Source: an uncultured Oscillospiraceae bacterium | Lineage (GTDB): Bacteria > Bacillota > Clostridia > Oscillospirales > Oscillospiraceae | NCBI GenBank assembly: GCA_964485265.1 | Contig: CAZAIU010000006.1 | Location: 6,884 to 70,883 of the forward strand | DNA length: 64,000 bases | Reading direction: 5' to 3' | Shown: piece after piece, positions 1 to 9,120 of the stretch | Layout: each line of letters opens with the position of its first letter | Numbering within the stretch: the first letter of the stretch is position 1 | Translations under genes and position numbers: made by a program | Notes under the pieces: generated by a model | The model's input: only the letters and a program-made list of their open reading frames with translations | What the model was told of the DNA's origin: nothing | The model's database searches: none

Positions 1-1748
1 TTGCCGGGTATTGCACCCAAGGTGTTAAACACCTGAGCGATAACACTGCCTGCGAGCATAAGCGCCATCAAACGGGAGTATGATAAAATGTCTCCGAAAT
101 AGCCCGTTATGTCATAAAGACTGGCAATGCCGCCCACAAGCTTTCCGCCGATAGTTGGCTTGTCCCTGCCTTGAGTTGCAATCAAAGCAAAAACACCCGC
201 AATAGCGACCCACCAAAAGCTCGTCAAGGCTCCGATGCCTATTCCGAGGAATACAAGCCACCAAGAGCCCTCGTCCATAAGTGCATCCGCAAGGTGTCCG
301 TCCTTTGTCTTTTTGATAAAGTTAATTACCATGCCGGTGATTATCTGGACAAAGCCTATCGCCATGGCGGCAATCAGTATTTCCAATGTGTTGTCAAGGG
401 GCGTAAACAAAGAGGGAAGACCCGCAAAGGTGGTTTCGGGATTTATGAGCTTTGCCACCTGCAACGCAGCGTCACCGAAGAAGCTTCCGGTCAAAATTCC
501 CCAGAAGAAGGTGGATATGCCGCATTCGAACAGAAGCTCGAAGAAGTTTCTCATTCCGGCTGAAGGTCTTTTTTTCTTAATCACCAAAAAGCCTGCAAGC
601 ATCATCAAAATACCATAGCCCATGTCTGCCATCATAATACCGTAGAACATTATGAAAAATGGCGCCATAAGCGGATTTGGATCAATGCCGTCATAGGCAG
701 GGAGGCTATACATCTCCGTAACCATGTTCAGCGGTCTTGCAAAACGTCCGTTTGTAAGCTTTACGGGAACATCGGGATATTCCTCAGGCTTCGGGTCCTC
801 GGTTTCCCATGCGCAGTCAAATCTTGAGAGCAGTTCTGAAAGCTTTGCTTCCTTCCTTGCGGGAACCCAACCCTCAAAGGTGACAGTTGAGTCTGTGCAC
901 AGAAGCTTTTCGTCATTTTCAGCCTTGCCTGCCTTTGTAAGCATCCTGTCGGCACAGAGCTTCATTTCATCTCTCTGAGGCGCTGCCGCAATGATTATTT
1001 TTGAAAGCTCCCGCTTTTCTTTTTCAAGCTGAGCCAAACGCCTTTTGTTTTGCAGAATATTATCTGCTGCCGTTCCGTGAAGCTCGCTCACGGAGGACTG
1101 TGCAAAGCCGACTGCTCTCATCAATTCTAGAGCCTGCTGCTCCTCGCATTTCATAAATACGAAAAGAATATAATGCATTTCCTTGTCTGTGGATATCTTG
1201 AAAATCTGGCTTTCAGGTGCTGCGGCATTAAGCTGCGTTTCAAGCTGCTTGAGGTCTGTTGCAGCGGGAACGGTACCTGCTATAATATTGCAGGTTTTTG
1301 TTTCCCGCAGGTTAAGAGGAACATCCATCGCTTTCCAAGGCTCCAATGCCTCATTTAAGCCTCTTATGTGGCTTGCCTCAACGTCAATTCGTCTGATTTG
1401 GTCATCCGTAACATCAAGCGTGGATGCAAGCTCTATAGTTTTTGCAAGATTGGACTCATCTAAAACTGTTTTTAAGTTTACCTCAGGCTTTGGCGCCAGC
1501 AGCGGCGATTTTGTGGGCGAGTATTGGTTGATTAGCTCAATACCCCACATAATGCGGTCGTAATCCGCCCTATATTCGGATAGTCCCGCTGTCTCCTGTG
1601 TGAGAAGTGAAGAGGTTTCCTCGTCTGACAGCAAATCATCAGGCTCGGAAATCTCAACACAGCCTAACAGCATGAGCTGTTTCATTAGCTCCTCTCGCTC
1701 AGATTTGACTGCCATAAGCCGAAGCCGTTTCATTTTTTCTATGGCCAT
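1..1748 (-). CDS. ntpI: V/A-type ATPase subunit I (a-subunit homolog), 5' part only; C-terminus lies beyond the left edge
   Basis: The minus-strand frame is open from the ATG at 1748 to the window edge. It is absent from the ORF track because there is no stop inside the window. My translation starts MAIEKMKRLRLMAVKSEREELMKQL and later reads ...TVTFEGWVP...YSLPAYDGIDPNP...GDILSYSRLMALMLAG, the Arg-containing helix typical of subunit I/a. The start overlaps the upstream stop by 1 nt (TGATG). Confidence 0.85.
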   Translation of the reverse strand, partial: MAIEKMKRLRLMAVKSEREELMKQLMLLGCVEISEPDDLLSDEETSSLLTQETAGLSEYRADYDRIMWGIELINQYSPTKSPLLAPKPEVNLKTVLDESNLAKTIELASTLDVTDDQIRRIDVEASHIRGLNEALEPWKAMDVPLNLRETKTCNIIAGTVPAATDLKQLETQLNAAAPESQIFKISTDKEMHYILFVFMKCEEQQALELMRAVGFAQSSVSELHGTAADNILQNKRRLAQLEKEKRELSKIIIAAAPQRDEMKLCADRMLTKAGKAENDEKLLCTDSTVTFEGWVPARKEAKLSELLSRFDCAWETEDPKPEEYPDVPVKLTNGRFARPLNMVTEMYSLPAYDGIDPNPLMAPFFIMFYGIMMADMGYGILMMLAGFLVIKKKRPSAGMRNFFELLFECGISTFFWGILTGSFFGDAALQVAKLINPETTFAGLPSLFTPLDNTLEILIAAMAIGFVQIITGMVINFIKKTKDGHLADALMDEGSWWLVFLGIGIGALTSFWWVAIAGVFALIATQGRDKPTIGGKLVGGIASLYDITGYFGDILSYSRLMALMLAGSVIAQVFNTLGAIPG

Positions 1749-2062
1749 CAGCTATTCACAATCCTTTCAATCACGAGGTTGACTGCTAAATCTACCCTGC
1801 TGTTTGCCCGAACCAGCATTGACGCTTTGCGGTTCTCTGTGCTGTGAACAAGCTCCATAGCATTTTCGCGGGCCTTTTCAGCTGCTTTTTTTCTCAGCTC
1901 TACGACCTCGTCCTCCGCCATTTTTTTTGCAGAGACAATAGCATGCTTGCCTCGCTCCTCGGCGTCGCTAACAAGCTTCTTTGAAACAGCGGCAGCATCA
2001 GCCTTAGCTTTTTTTGCGGTTTCCTCTGCCGCGCTTATTGTTTTTATAGCTTCAAGTGACAT
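1748..2062 (-). CDS. Small Ala/Lys/Glu-rich coiled-coil protein, probably a V-ATPase peripheral-stalk (G/H-like) subunit; first gene of the left-hand V-ATPase operon
   Basis: 104-aa ORF (MSLEAIKTISAAEETAKKAKADAAA...) with low-complexity helical composition. It is translationally coupled to the subunit I gene. The assignment rests on position and composition only. Confidence 0.45.
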   Translation of the reverse strand: MSLEAIKTISAAEETAKKAKADAAAVSKKLVSDAEERGKHAIVSAKKMAEDEVVELRKKAAEKARENAMELVHSTENRKASMLVRANSRVDLAVNLVIERIVNS

Positions 2063-2459
2063 TTTTTAACACCCCCTGAACCATTGTATTTTCATTTATT
2101 AAACGAATTATGCACTCTTGTTCGTATACTGTTTTCCAGCAATATGCTTATAAGGGAAAACAAGCTAAAACTTTTTCCATCATATTGATAGATTTTAATA
2201 CAGTTGCCCTTAAAAAGCAAGTGTTTATGCCAAAAAATTCTCCGCACATTTGCTGCAATCTGCACATATTTTGGGTGCATTTTACCTCTTAACACAGAAT
2301 TAGGCAAGTTACCGCCGTGATATTGACTAATTCCAATCAGTATATTATGTCAAATTAATATCAAAACACGCTTGATATAAGCTTAATTGTCATATATAAT
2401 AACTCGCATACTATAACTTTCATATTTACACATAAATCTTTACCAAAGGAAGGTCAGAT

Positions 2460-3344
2460 ATGTCCGATACAACATACAAGCGCAGACTGGGGGACCGCAA
2501 GGAAGGCCGTCTGCTTCGTTCGTATCCCGCTTATAATAAATTTACGCCTTTCATAATGAAAGTAAAAAACGACTCGTGCAACTATTTTGCAGATTCAATA
2601 GAAGTGACTGAAATTGACCGCTGGCTCAAGCAAAAGCGTGCTGAGGGCTACAAGGGTATGGGCATAATGCACCTTTTTCTTGCCGCATACGTGCGCACCG
2701 TTGCCTTCAGACCGGGACTTAATCGTTTTGTTTCCGGTCAGCGCGTTTATGCCAGAAATAACATTGAAGTTCTCATGACCGTCAAACGCTCAATGTCAGA
2801 CGATGCCGAGGAAACCTCCATCAAAGTAAAGTTTACCCCGGCAGACACAATTTTTGACATATATCGAAAGATAAATGAAAAAATTGATGAGGTAAAGGCT
2901 AGCGAAGAAGGAAACGGCACCGACAAATTTGCCGAAACTATGATAAGGCTGCCCAGAGTCATCCTAAATCTTGCAATTAGCGCTATCAAGTGTTTTGATT
3001 ATCTCGGCTGGCTTCCCCAATCTCTTCTGGACATAAGCCCTTTCCACGGCTCAATGATTATGACGGATTTGGGTTCTCTGGGAATACCTCCTGTTTTCCA
3101 CCACATTTACAACTTCGGAAATCTTCCTCTGTTTATCGCTTTCGGTGCAAAGCGCCGCGTAATCGAGCTGGATGCCACAGGTTCGCCGGTTGAACGTAAG
3201 TACGTAGATTTTAAAGCAACCATAGACGAGCGCACCTGTGACGGCTTCTATATGGCTGCTTCCTTTAAATACCTAAAGCATTTTCTGCGAAATCCTCAGC
3301 TTTTGGAGGTCCCGCCTGAGAGAGTCGAGCAGGATATCTTCTAA
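2460..3344 (+). CDS. 2-oxoacid dehydrogenase acyltransferase (E2) catalytic-domain family protein without a lipoyl domain
   Basis: 294 aa. The C-terminal motif ...ATIDERTCDGFYMA... resembles the DHRxxDG / CAT-like HHxxxDG active-site motif. An AGGAAGG Shine-Dalgarno sequence precedes the ATG. Confidence 0.65.
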   Translation: MSDTTYKRRLGDRKEGRLLRSYPAYNKFTPFIMKVKNDSCNYFADSIEVTEIDRWLKQKRAEGYKGMGIMHLFLAAYVRTVAFRPGLNRFVSGQRVYARNNIEVLMTVKRSMSDDAEETSIKVKFTPADTIFDIYRKINEKIDEVKASEEGNGTDKFAETMIRLPRVILNLAISAIKCFDYLGWLPQSLLDISPFHGSMIMTDLGSLGIPPVFHHIYNFGNLPLFIAFGAKRRVIELDATGSPVERKYVDFKATIDERTCDGFYMAASFKYLKHFLRNPQLLEVPPERVEQDIF

Positions 3345-3416
3345 AAAATTCTCAAGAATTCTTTTGGTATTTAATTGGTAATAAAAGCATATCAGGCAAA
3401 TGAAGTGCACTTCTCA

Positions 3417-3464
3417 TAAAAAACAGGGCGTCATCGCAATTCAACGATGATGCCCTGTTTTTAT
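3417..3464. terminator. Bidirectional intrinsic terminator between convergent genes
   Basis: AAAAAACAGGGCGTCATCG-loop-CGATGATGCCCTGTTTTT forms a 15-bp stem flanked by an A-run and a T-run. Confidence 0.75.
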
Positions 3465-3471
3465 ATTATAC

Positions 3472-3939
3472 TCATAATACAATTTTCTTTTCCATGATGA
3501 AATTTATTAATATAACATTGCTGCGAAGCACCGTATTTTCACAAATAACTCGATAGCCGCGTTTTGCAAAAAACGGTTTTGCAGTAATGGAAGCATGTGT
3601 AGTGAAACTATGAATTCCCCGAGACACAGCCTGTTTTTCAAGTTCATTTATAATAGCTGTAGCAATGCCTTTGCTTTGATACTCGCTGTGAACATAAAGC
3701 CTGTCAAGATATCCGGTATCGTCCATATCACCAAATCCTACAATATTCCCGCTCATTTCGGCTACAACCGTATTGTGTTCCAAAAAAGACTTATTCCAAG
3801 AGGATATGTCTATATTGCCCGTTGCCCAAGCATCAAGCTGAGCTTTTGTATAATCTTTTGAGTTTATTGTGTGAACAGTATTGGAGAAAAGCTCTGCCAG
3901 CGCAGCGCAGTCCTCCGACTTGTATTTTCTTAATTCCAT
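3472..3939 (-). CDS. GNAT family N-acetyltransferase
   Basis: 155 aa with a typical GNAT core (...LYVHSEYQSKGIATAIINELEKQA...). Confidence 0.8.
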   Translation of the reverse strand: MELRKYKSEDCAALAELFSNTVHTINSKDYTKAQLDAWATGNIDISSWNKSFLEHNTVVAEMSGNIVGFGDMDDTGYLDRLYVHSEYQSKGIATAIINELEKQAVSRGIHSFTTHASITAKPFFAKRGYRVICENTVLRSNVILINFIMEKKIVL

Positions 3940-4204
3940 GATTTCTCCTATGCAGATTAAAAATACTCTTTACTTTCACCATTATAGCACAGTGGCGAAG
4001 GGCTATATGTCATTATATTATATGTTTGATGCACGAACAGGCACAGTACTGTATGAGACATACCCTTCCGGAACAAGCCTGTTAAGCCTCACAGTCCTCA
4101 TAATTGCAGCAGCGATAACCGCAAATTACTGCAATTATCGCTGCTGCTGTTCATCCTTATGAGCACTATACAAAAGTATATTCCGTACTTTTCACTGTAC
4201 CTGC

Positions 4205-4792
4205 TTACTGATATAGCTCTGTGTTGCTGCTATAGCAAAAATATGTCCATCCAAGGTATTTGTCATAGCACGCGGTATGTGTGCCTCCGCCCTGCTTGAA
4301 GTTTGCCTGAAATACCACAGACGGCTCCATAAGCCGCTCGCCGTTAAAAAGTCTCATCGCAACTCTTACACAGCGCTCAGTAGGTATTAAGCTATTAAAA
4401 TATCTGCTGTTGGCACCGTAATACTGCCCGGGCTGCTCAAGAACTTCCTTGATAGTATTTGGAAACTCGGGGCTTGCGACTCTGTTAAAAACTACCTCTC
4501 CAACGCACATTTTCCAATTGTCGTCGAGCCACGCAGAGCCGGCCTCTGCATAGATTATCTTTGAAATCATCATCAATTCGTCAAACTTAATTTTCGGGCA
4601 AGTAAGTCCCAACGCATCAATTTTCTCATTTCTTGCCTGCTCCGCCGCACTTCCCGATGCGTAGTCACCGATAGTTGCAGCAGTGACCATAAGCTCAGAA
4701 TAATCAACGTTAGAATCATATTCCGCATATGCATTTCCGCTTAGAACAAGTACCAACAAAATTGCAGGCAGTATGGTAAATAGCTTTCTCAT
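4205..4792 (-). CDS. Secreted cell-wall hydrolase, SleB/CwlJ-like (Hydrolase_2 family)
   Basis: The start was moved to the ATG at 4792 (MRKLFTILPAILLVLVLSGNAYA, a signal peptide), which is preceded by a GGAGG Shine-Dalgarno sequence. The C-terminal region ...IIYAEAGSAW...VGEVVFNRV...QPGQY... is typical of the SleB catalytic domain. Confidence 0.7.
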   Translation of the reverse strand: MRKLFTILPAILLVLVLSGNAYAEYDSNVDYSELMVTAATIGDYASGSAAEQARNEKIDALGLTCPKIKFDELMMISKIIYAEAGSAWLDDNWKMCVGEVVFNRVASPEFPNTIKEVLEQPGQYYGANSRYFNSLIPTERCVRVAMRLFNGERLMEPSVVFQANFKQGGGTHTACYDKYLGWTYFCYSSNTELYQ

Positions 4793-5282
4793 GGATTTAC
4801 CTCCTAGTTCATTTTCCTTCCTGTTCCTGACACACGAGCACATCAGTCCCACAACAAAAAGCGGTCAAAGGCTCAGGATGAAAATTACAGATGGTTACAA
4901 AAGTGGGACTTGTGCCATTATAAGCACGAGTGACATGAAAAATGTGTCGGTTCACGTTTTTTCAAAACGCAAGTTTTCTATCATATTGTTTTTTTGCATT
5001 CCAGTCCCACTTGGAGCCTAAAATAGGCACTTTTTCGTTAACATGTTCCCACTTTTTCAGATAAATTTTCTGTTGCTTTTTGCGCATGGTGGTTATATTA
5101 GCAAAAAAGTTTACATAAATCAAGCATTGCTAAATATTTAACGTAATTTTTAGTAATTTTATTCTACAACTCTGTTACTATTTTGTATTTCATTGTTAAC
5201 TATTCAGCATTTTGCAAGCTTTCTTGCTTTTTACGTCAAATATGACAATTATCCAAAAATTACCTCAAATATAAAACAAAGC

Positions 5283-5337
5283 AAAAAATACAGAGCCGGC
5301 TTTCTTACCTAATGCAGAAAGCAAGCTCTGTATTTTT
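5283..5337. terminator. Intrinsic terminator downstream of the thioesterase pair
   Basis: AAAAAATACAGAGC...GCTTTCT-loop-AGAAAGC...GCTCTGTATTTTT forms a long stem flanked by an A-run and a T-run. Confidence 0.7.
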
Positions 5338-5414
5338 ATTTAAACGCTATCAGATTAAAACGAAGCTATTATTTGCTTAATATTTACCGTTTATGCCCGG
5401 CATGGGAATTAAGA

Positions 5415-6194
5415 TTATGTTGAAAACACAAATTCACTGCCGAAATGCAAAACGCCATCCACGTAGCCCTGAATGATATATCCGTTGGTTATTTCGCAGC
5501 CGCGAAGCTCAAGGGTTTCTCCAAGCCTTGTTTCGCGGTTGAAGTTAATAACATAGTCCGCAATGTTCTTTTGCCGATATTCAGACGGCAAAAAGTCAAC
5601 AGCAATGCGGTTGTAGGCAGCATTGTTTATATGGCTGTTGCAGTCCAAATCTGTATAATATACAGGTCGGTAGCCCAACACAGCAGGCTCTCCCTCCGGA
5701 ACAACCTTTTTGCATTCGGGAGCATCGGATTTCTTGTTCACCGCAGTAGACCCTTGGCATGTCAGCTTATCGGGACTGATAACAGCTCCCTCATTGATGC
5801 CATAAAGCATCCATGTGCCTGAACCCGAGGCAAGCAGCTCACCTTCGTCCGAATGTACTTCGCAATCCCTGAGAAACACTCTGCCCTCAGTTTTTCTAAA
5901 CCACGTTGAATAGACGATTGTTTCATGAGCTTTCGGAATTCTATGAAATCTCATGCTCATGCGAGTTATTAAGAACACTTGACCACGCTCATACAAATAC
6001 GCATGGCTGTGTCCCTTAGACTGCACCTCATCTCCTGCGATTTCAGAGAACTCACCCATAGCCGCATGAAGAAAAAGCTTTTTTTCGGTGTCACAGTCTA
6101 AATAATCAATTGTTTTTCTGCGGAAAAACACTCCGCCCTCGTTCCATCTGTCTGTCATATAAGACTGTGTGCATACATTCCATTTTTCTGTCAT
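5415..6194 (-). CDS. Acyl-ACP thioesterase family protein (paralog 2)
   Basis: 259 aa with a double hot-dog acyl-ACP thioesterase layout (...YTDLDCNSHINNAAYNRIAVDF...). The ATGA overlap with the upstream paralog indicates translational coupling. Confidence 0.8.
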   Translation of the reverse strand: MTEKWNVCTQSYMTDRWNEGGVFFRRKTIDYLDCDTEKKLFLHAAMGEFSEIAGDEVQSKGHSHAYLYERGQVFLITRMSMRFHRIPKAHETIVYSTWFRKTEGRVFLRDCEVHSDEGELLASGSGTWMLYGINEGAVISPDKLTCQGSTAVNKKSDAPECKKVVPEGEPAVLGYRPVYYTDLDCNSHINNAAYNRIAVDFLPSEYRQKNIADYVINFNRETRLGETLELRGCEITNGYIIQGYVDGVLHFGSEFVFST

Positions 6195-6952
6195 AACCGA
6201 CTCCCCGTATCCTTATTAAATTGGAACTCACAGGCAAAGCGCATAGCTTCGTCTATAGTTCCAAATACTTCATAGCCATCAGAGGTATCCGCGCCGCAAA
6301 GCTTCAGTGTATCACCGAGCTTTGTTTCCAAATTGAAGCTAATATCCATCCCCATCAAATCTCGGTCTCTGTATTTTTCCGGCATAAAGTCCACAGCTAT
6401 TCTGCTGTAAACCGCATTGTTAACATGACCGTTGCTGTCTAAATCAGAATAAAATATAGTTCGTTCCCCCAACACATCAGTATTGGGAGGCATTCTCAGC
6501 TTTTTGCAGGGATGACAGTCGGCATGGCAGGGATTGCCCTCAAGTAGACCTCCAAAAAGACTTGCAGGACGCAGGATTTCCCTTGTATTAGGATTTACAA
6601 GCAGCCATTGGCTGGTTCCTGTAACCATAAGCTCGCCCTTTTCACCCTTGATTTCAAAATCACGGCAGAAAAAGGGCCCCTTAATTTCCCTTTCCCATGT
6701 TGTTAGCACTACCGTTTCACCATATACGGGAATCTTGTAAAAATCCAAGGCAAGCCTTGAAACGACAAATACCTGTCCATGCTCCCACAAAAAACCATGT
6801 CCCAGATTTCTACCTTCGTAGTCATCTCCTGCCGCTTCCGTAAAAAGCTTCATTATTGAATAGATGCCGGCATTTTTCCTAACATCGCAATCTCCAAAGC
6901 GAAAGGTAAATTTCCTGCTGAAGCAGGCTCCGTCGTACCATTGTTCTGACAT
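6191..6952 (-). CDS. Acyl-ACP thioesterase family protein (paralog 1)
   Basis: 253 aa (...YSDLDSNGHVNNAVYSRIAVDF...). A GGAGGG Shine-Dalgarno sequence lies upstream. Confidence 0.8.
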   Translation of the reverse strand: MSEQWYDGACFSRKFTFRFGDCDVRKNAGIYSIMKLFTEAAGDDYEGRNLGHGFLWEHGQVFVVSRLALDFYKIPVYGETVVLTTWEREIKGPFFCRDFEIKGEKGELMVTGTSQWLLVNPNTREILRPASLFGGLLEGNPCHADCHPCKKLRMPPNTDVLGERTIFYSDLDSNGHVNNAVYSRIAVDFMPEKYRDRDLMGMDISFNLETKLGDTLKLCGADTSDGYEVFGTIDEAMRFACEFQFNKDTGSRL

Positions 6953-7166
6953 TTTTGACCCTCCATTCAGGAATATACATTATATAATATAGCAAGCAAA
7001 TATTGCCTTTTAAAACACAAAGATGATTATATCCCACATTTTTCTCAACCTCAAGTCACAAAAAGAGCTATTTATGAAAAAAAGTCGAATTTTGATGTTT
7101 TTTTCTTTGATATTTATGGCAATAGGTGTATAATGCTTAAAGTTTAATTACATTGGAGGAGAACCT

Positions 7167-8165
7167 ATGTTAACAGAAATTCTCAAAACCCTTAAAACCG
7201 ATCGCAGAAAGATCGTATTAACAGAGGGCGAGGACGCTCGCATTCTTGAAGCAGCCGCTCGCCTTATTGCCGATGACATCATGGATGTCGTGCTTTGCGG
7301 CAATCCCGACAAGATCAAGGAATCAGCCGCTGCTGGCGGCTTTAAGCTTGACGGCATCGAAATCGTTGACCCCGCAAACTATGCCGAAATTGATGCTATG
7401 ATTGACAAGATGGTTGAGCTGCGTAAGGGAAAAATGTCTGCTGATGAATGCCGTGAGGCTCTTAAAAAGTCCAACTACTTTGGAACCATGCTCGTTAAGA
7501 TGGGCAAGGCAGACGGTCTTCTGGGCGGCGCTACATATTCCACCGCTGACACAGTGCGTCCCGCACTCCAGATAATCAAGACAAAGCCCGGCGCACATCT
7601 CGTAAGCTCCAGCTTCATCCTCACTCGGGGAGACGAGCGTCTTGCTATGGGCGACTGCGCTATTAACATTGACTATCCCGACACTGTGGACAAGGAAGGC
7701 AACGTTACCCTCAAGGGCAGCGACAAGCTTGCCGAGGTTGCTGTTGAAACAGCACGCACCGCTTCCCTTTTCGGCATTGACCCCAAGGTTGCCGTTCTGA
7801 GCTTCTCAACAAAGGGCAGCGGCAAGGGTGCAACAGTTCAGCTTTCCCGCGATGCGACCGAAAAGGCAAAGGAGCTTGCTCCCGACCTTGCTATCGACGG
7901 CGAGCTTCAGTTTGACGCCGCAGTATCTCCCGTTGTTGCCGCCACCAAGTGCAAGGGCTCTCCCGTTGCAGGTCAGGCAAACACCTTCATCTTCCCCAGC
8001 ATAGAGGCAGGTAACATCGGTTACAAAATTGCACAGCGTCTGGGCGGATTTGAAGCATACGGTCCCATTCTTCAGGGCTTGAACGCTCCTATCAACGATC
8101 TTAGCCGCGGCTGCAACGCTGACGAGGTTTATACCATGGCAATCATTACCATGGGTCTAAAATAA
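7167..8165 (+). CDS. pta: Phosphate acetyltransferase
   Basis: 332 aa with strong family resemblance (...LVLTEGEDARILEAA...SGKGATV...SRGCN...). A GGAGGAG Shine-Dalgarno sequence is present. Confidence 0.9.
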   Translation: MLTEILKTLKTDRRKIVLTEGEDARILEAAARLIADDIMDVVLCGNPDKIKESAAAGGFKLDGIEIVDPANYAEIDAMIDKMVELRKGKMSADECREALKKSNYFGTMLVKMGKADGLLGGATYSTADTVRPALQIIKTKPGAHLVSSSFILTRGDERLAMGDCAINIDYPDTVDKEGNVTLKGSDKLAEVAVETARTASLFGIDPKVAVLSFSTKGSGKGATVQLSRDATEKAKELAPDLAIDGELQFDAAVSPVVAATKCKGSPVAGQANTFIFPSIEAGNIGYKIAQRLGGFEAYGPILQGLNAPINDLSRGCNADEVYTMAIITMGLK

Positions 8166-8177
8166 TCTAACTCTATG

Positions 8178-8211
8178 TTAGGGCGGATGGTTTTCATCCG
8201 CCCTAATTTAT
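8178..8211 (+). terminator. Intrinsic terminator after pta
   Basis: TTAGGGCGGATG-GTTTTC-CATCCGCCCTAA followed by TTTA. The T-tract is weak. Confidence 0.55.
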
Positions 8212-8227
8212 GAACTTGGAGGATAGC

Positions 8228-8998
8228 ATGCTTAAGCGTATAATGAACAGCGAAAGATCCTATTATGAATGCTTCTCGCAAGTGACAAATGCCGGCAGGG
8301 TTTTACGCTTTAGAGATGACAATCTGCCTGAGATGTATGACCACAATTTCTCGTTTGTAAAGGGTACTCCCGCCCCCGCCCTGCTTTCAGAAATTGTACA
8401 AGAGGAGCTTTCACTGCGTGCATCTGAGGGGGCTGATTTCTGCAATATAAAAACCTCACTTCCGCCGGAGGCATTGAACGGGCTCTCTCTAAAGGCAGAG
8501 GCTGACATTTCGCAAAACGGTTACTATGTGTTTGACATTGGCGCACTAGCGCGTTTTAATGAGATTCCCGAGCTGATTGTCCGGCGCACAGCAGATTCTT
8601 CAATGCTTGAGGATGTTTTATTCTGTGACCTTAAGCATGATGAGAAAAAGCTGGGTCTTGATTTCTGTAAGAAACGCTGCTTTCGCAGAGGTGAAGTATA
8701 TATAAATGACGGGGGACTTGACTCTTATGTGTGTTACCGTCACGGTCAACCTGTTGGCAACTGCGATTTGCTAATTACGGGAAACACGGCAAAAATAGAG
8801 GATTTCGCAGTAATCCCGGAGTGTCAGCGAAAGGGATATGGTACAACTATGCTCAAACGTTTAATCGTTTCAGCACTAGAGGGCGGCTGTGACCTTATTT
8901 ATCTGGTTACGGACGAGGAGGACACGGCTAAGGATATGTATTTAAAGCTGGGGTTTCGGCAGGTTGGCATTTGCAGTGATATATTCTTTAAATACTAG
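8228..8998 (+). CDS. GNAT family acetyltransferase with an uncharacterised N-terminal domain
   Basis: The C-terminus ...IEDFAVIPECQRKGYGTTMLKRLI... is a GNAT motif A. The start was moved to the ATG at 8228, which follows a GGAGG sequence. Confidence 0.6.
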   Translation: MLKRIMNSERSYYECFSQVTNAGRVLRFRDDNLPEMYDHNFSFVKGTPAPALLSEIVQEELSLRASEGADFCNIKTSLPPEALNGLSLKAEADISQNGYYVFDIGALARFNEIPELIVRRTADSSMLEDVLFCDLKHDEKKLGLDFCKKRCFRRGEVYINDGGLDSYVCYRHGQPVGNCDLLITGNTAKIEDFAVIPECQRKGYGTTMLKRLIVSALEGGCDLIYLVTDEEDTAKDMYLKLGFRQVGICSDIFFKY

Positions 8999-9017
8999 GG
9001 TGTTACTGCAAAACAAG

Positions 9018-9045
9018 TTGACAATTTCTATATTTCGTGTATAAT
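9018..9045 (+). promoter_or_regulatory. Sigma-A-type promoter of rpsF-ssb-rpsR
   Basis: TTGACA (9018-9023), a 16-nt spacer, then TATAAT (9040-9045). Confidence 0.55.
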
Positions 9046-9120
9046 AGGATAGCTTGTCATGTTTGGCAGGCTATCCTTGCTCACATTATGTGGGCCATTA
9101 GTCCAGAAGGAGGTGCACAA

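Noticed and set aside
171-1782. Several plus-strand ORFs of 60-130 aa in the track (171-563, 235-618, 724-978, 1183-1563, 1600-1782).
   Set aside because: They lie antisense to, and inside, the long open minus-strand frame that encodes a convincing V-ATPase subunit I. Their translations are low-complexity and Ser/Cys-rich, and they have no Shine-Dalgarno sequence. They are shadow ORFs.
9046-9077. An inverted repeat (AGGATAGC...GCTATCCT) after the rpsF promoter, considered as the S6:S18 autoregulatory mRNA leader.
   Set aside because: The 5' arm begins immediately after the -10 hexamer. Most of it would therefore lie upstream of the likely transcription start and would not be in the RNA. I cannot verify the leader motif from memory.
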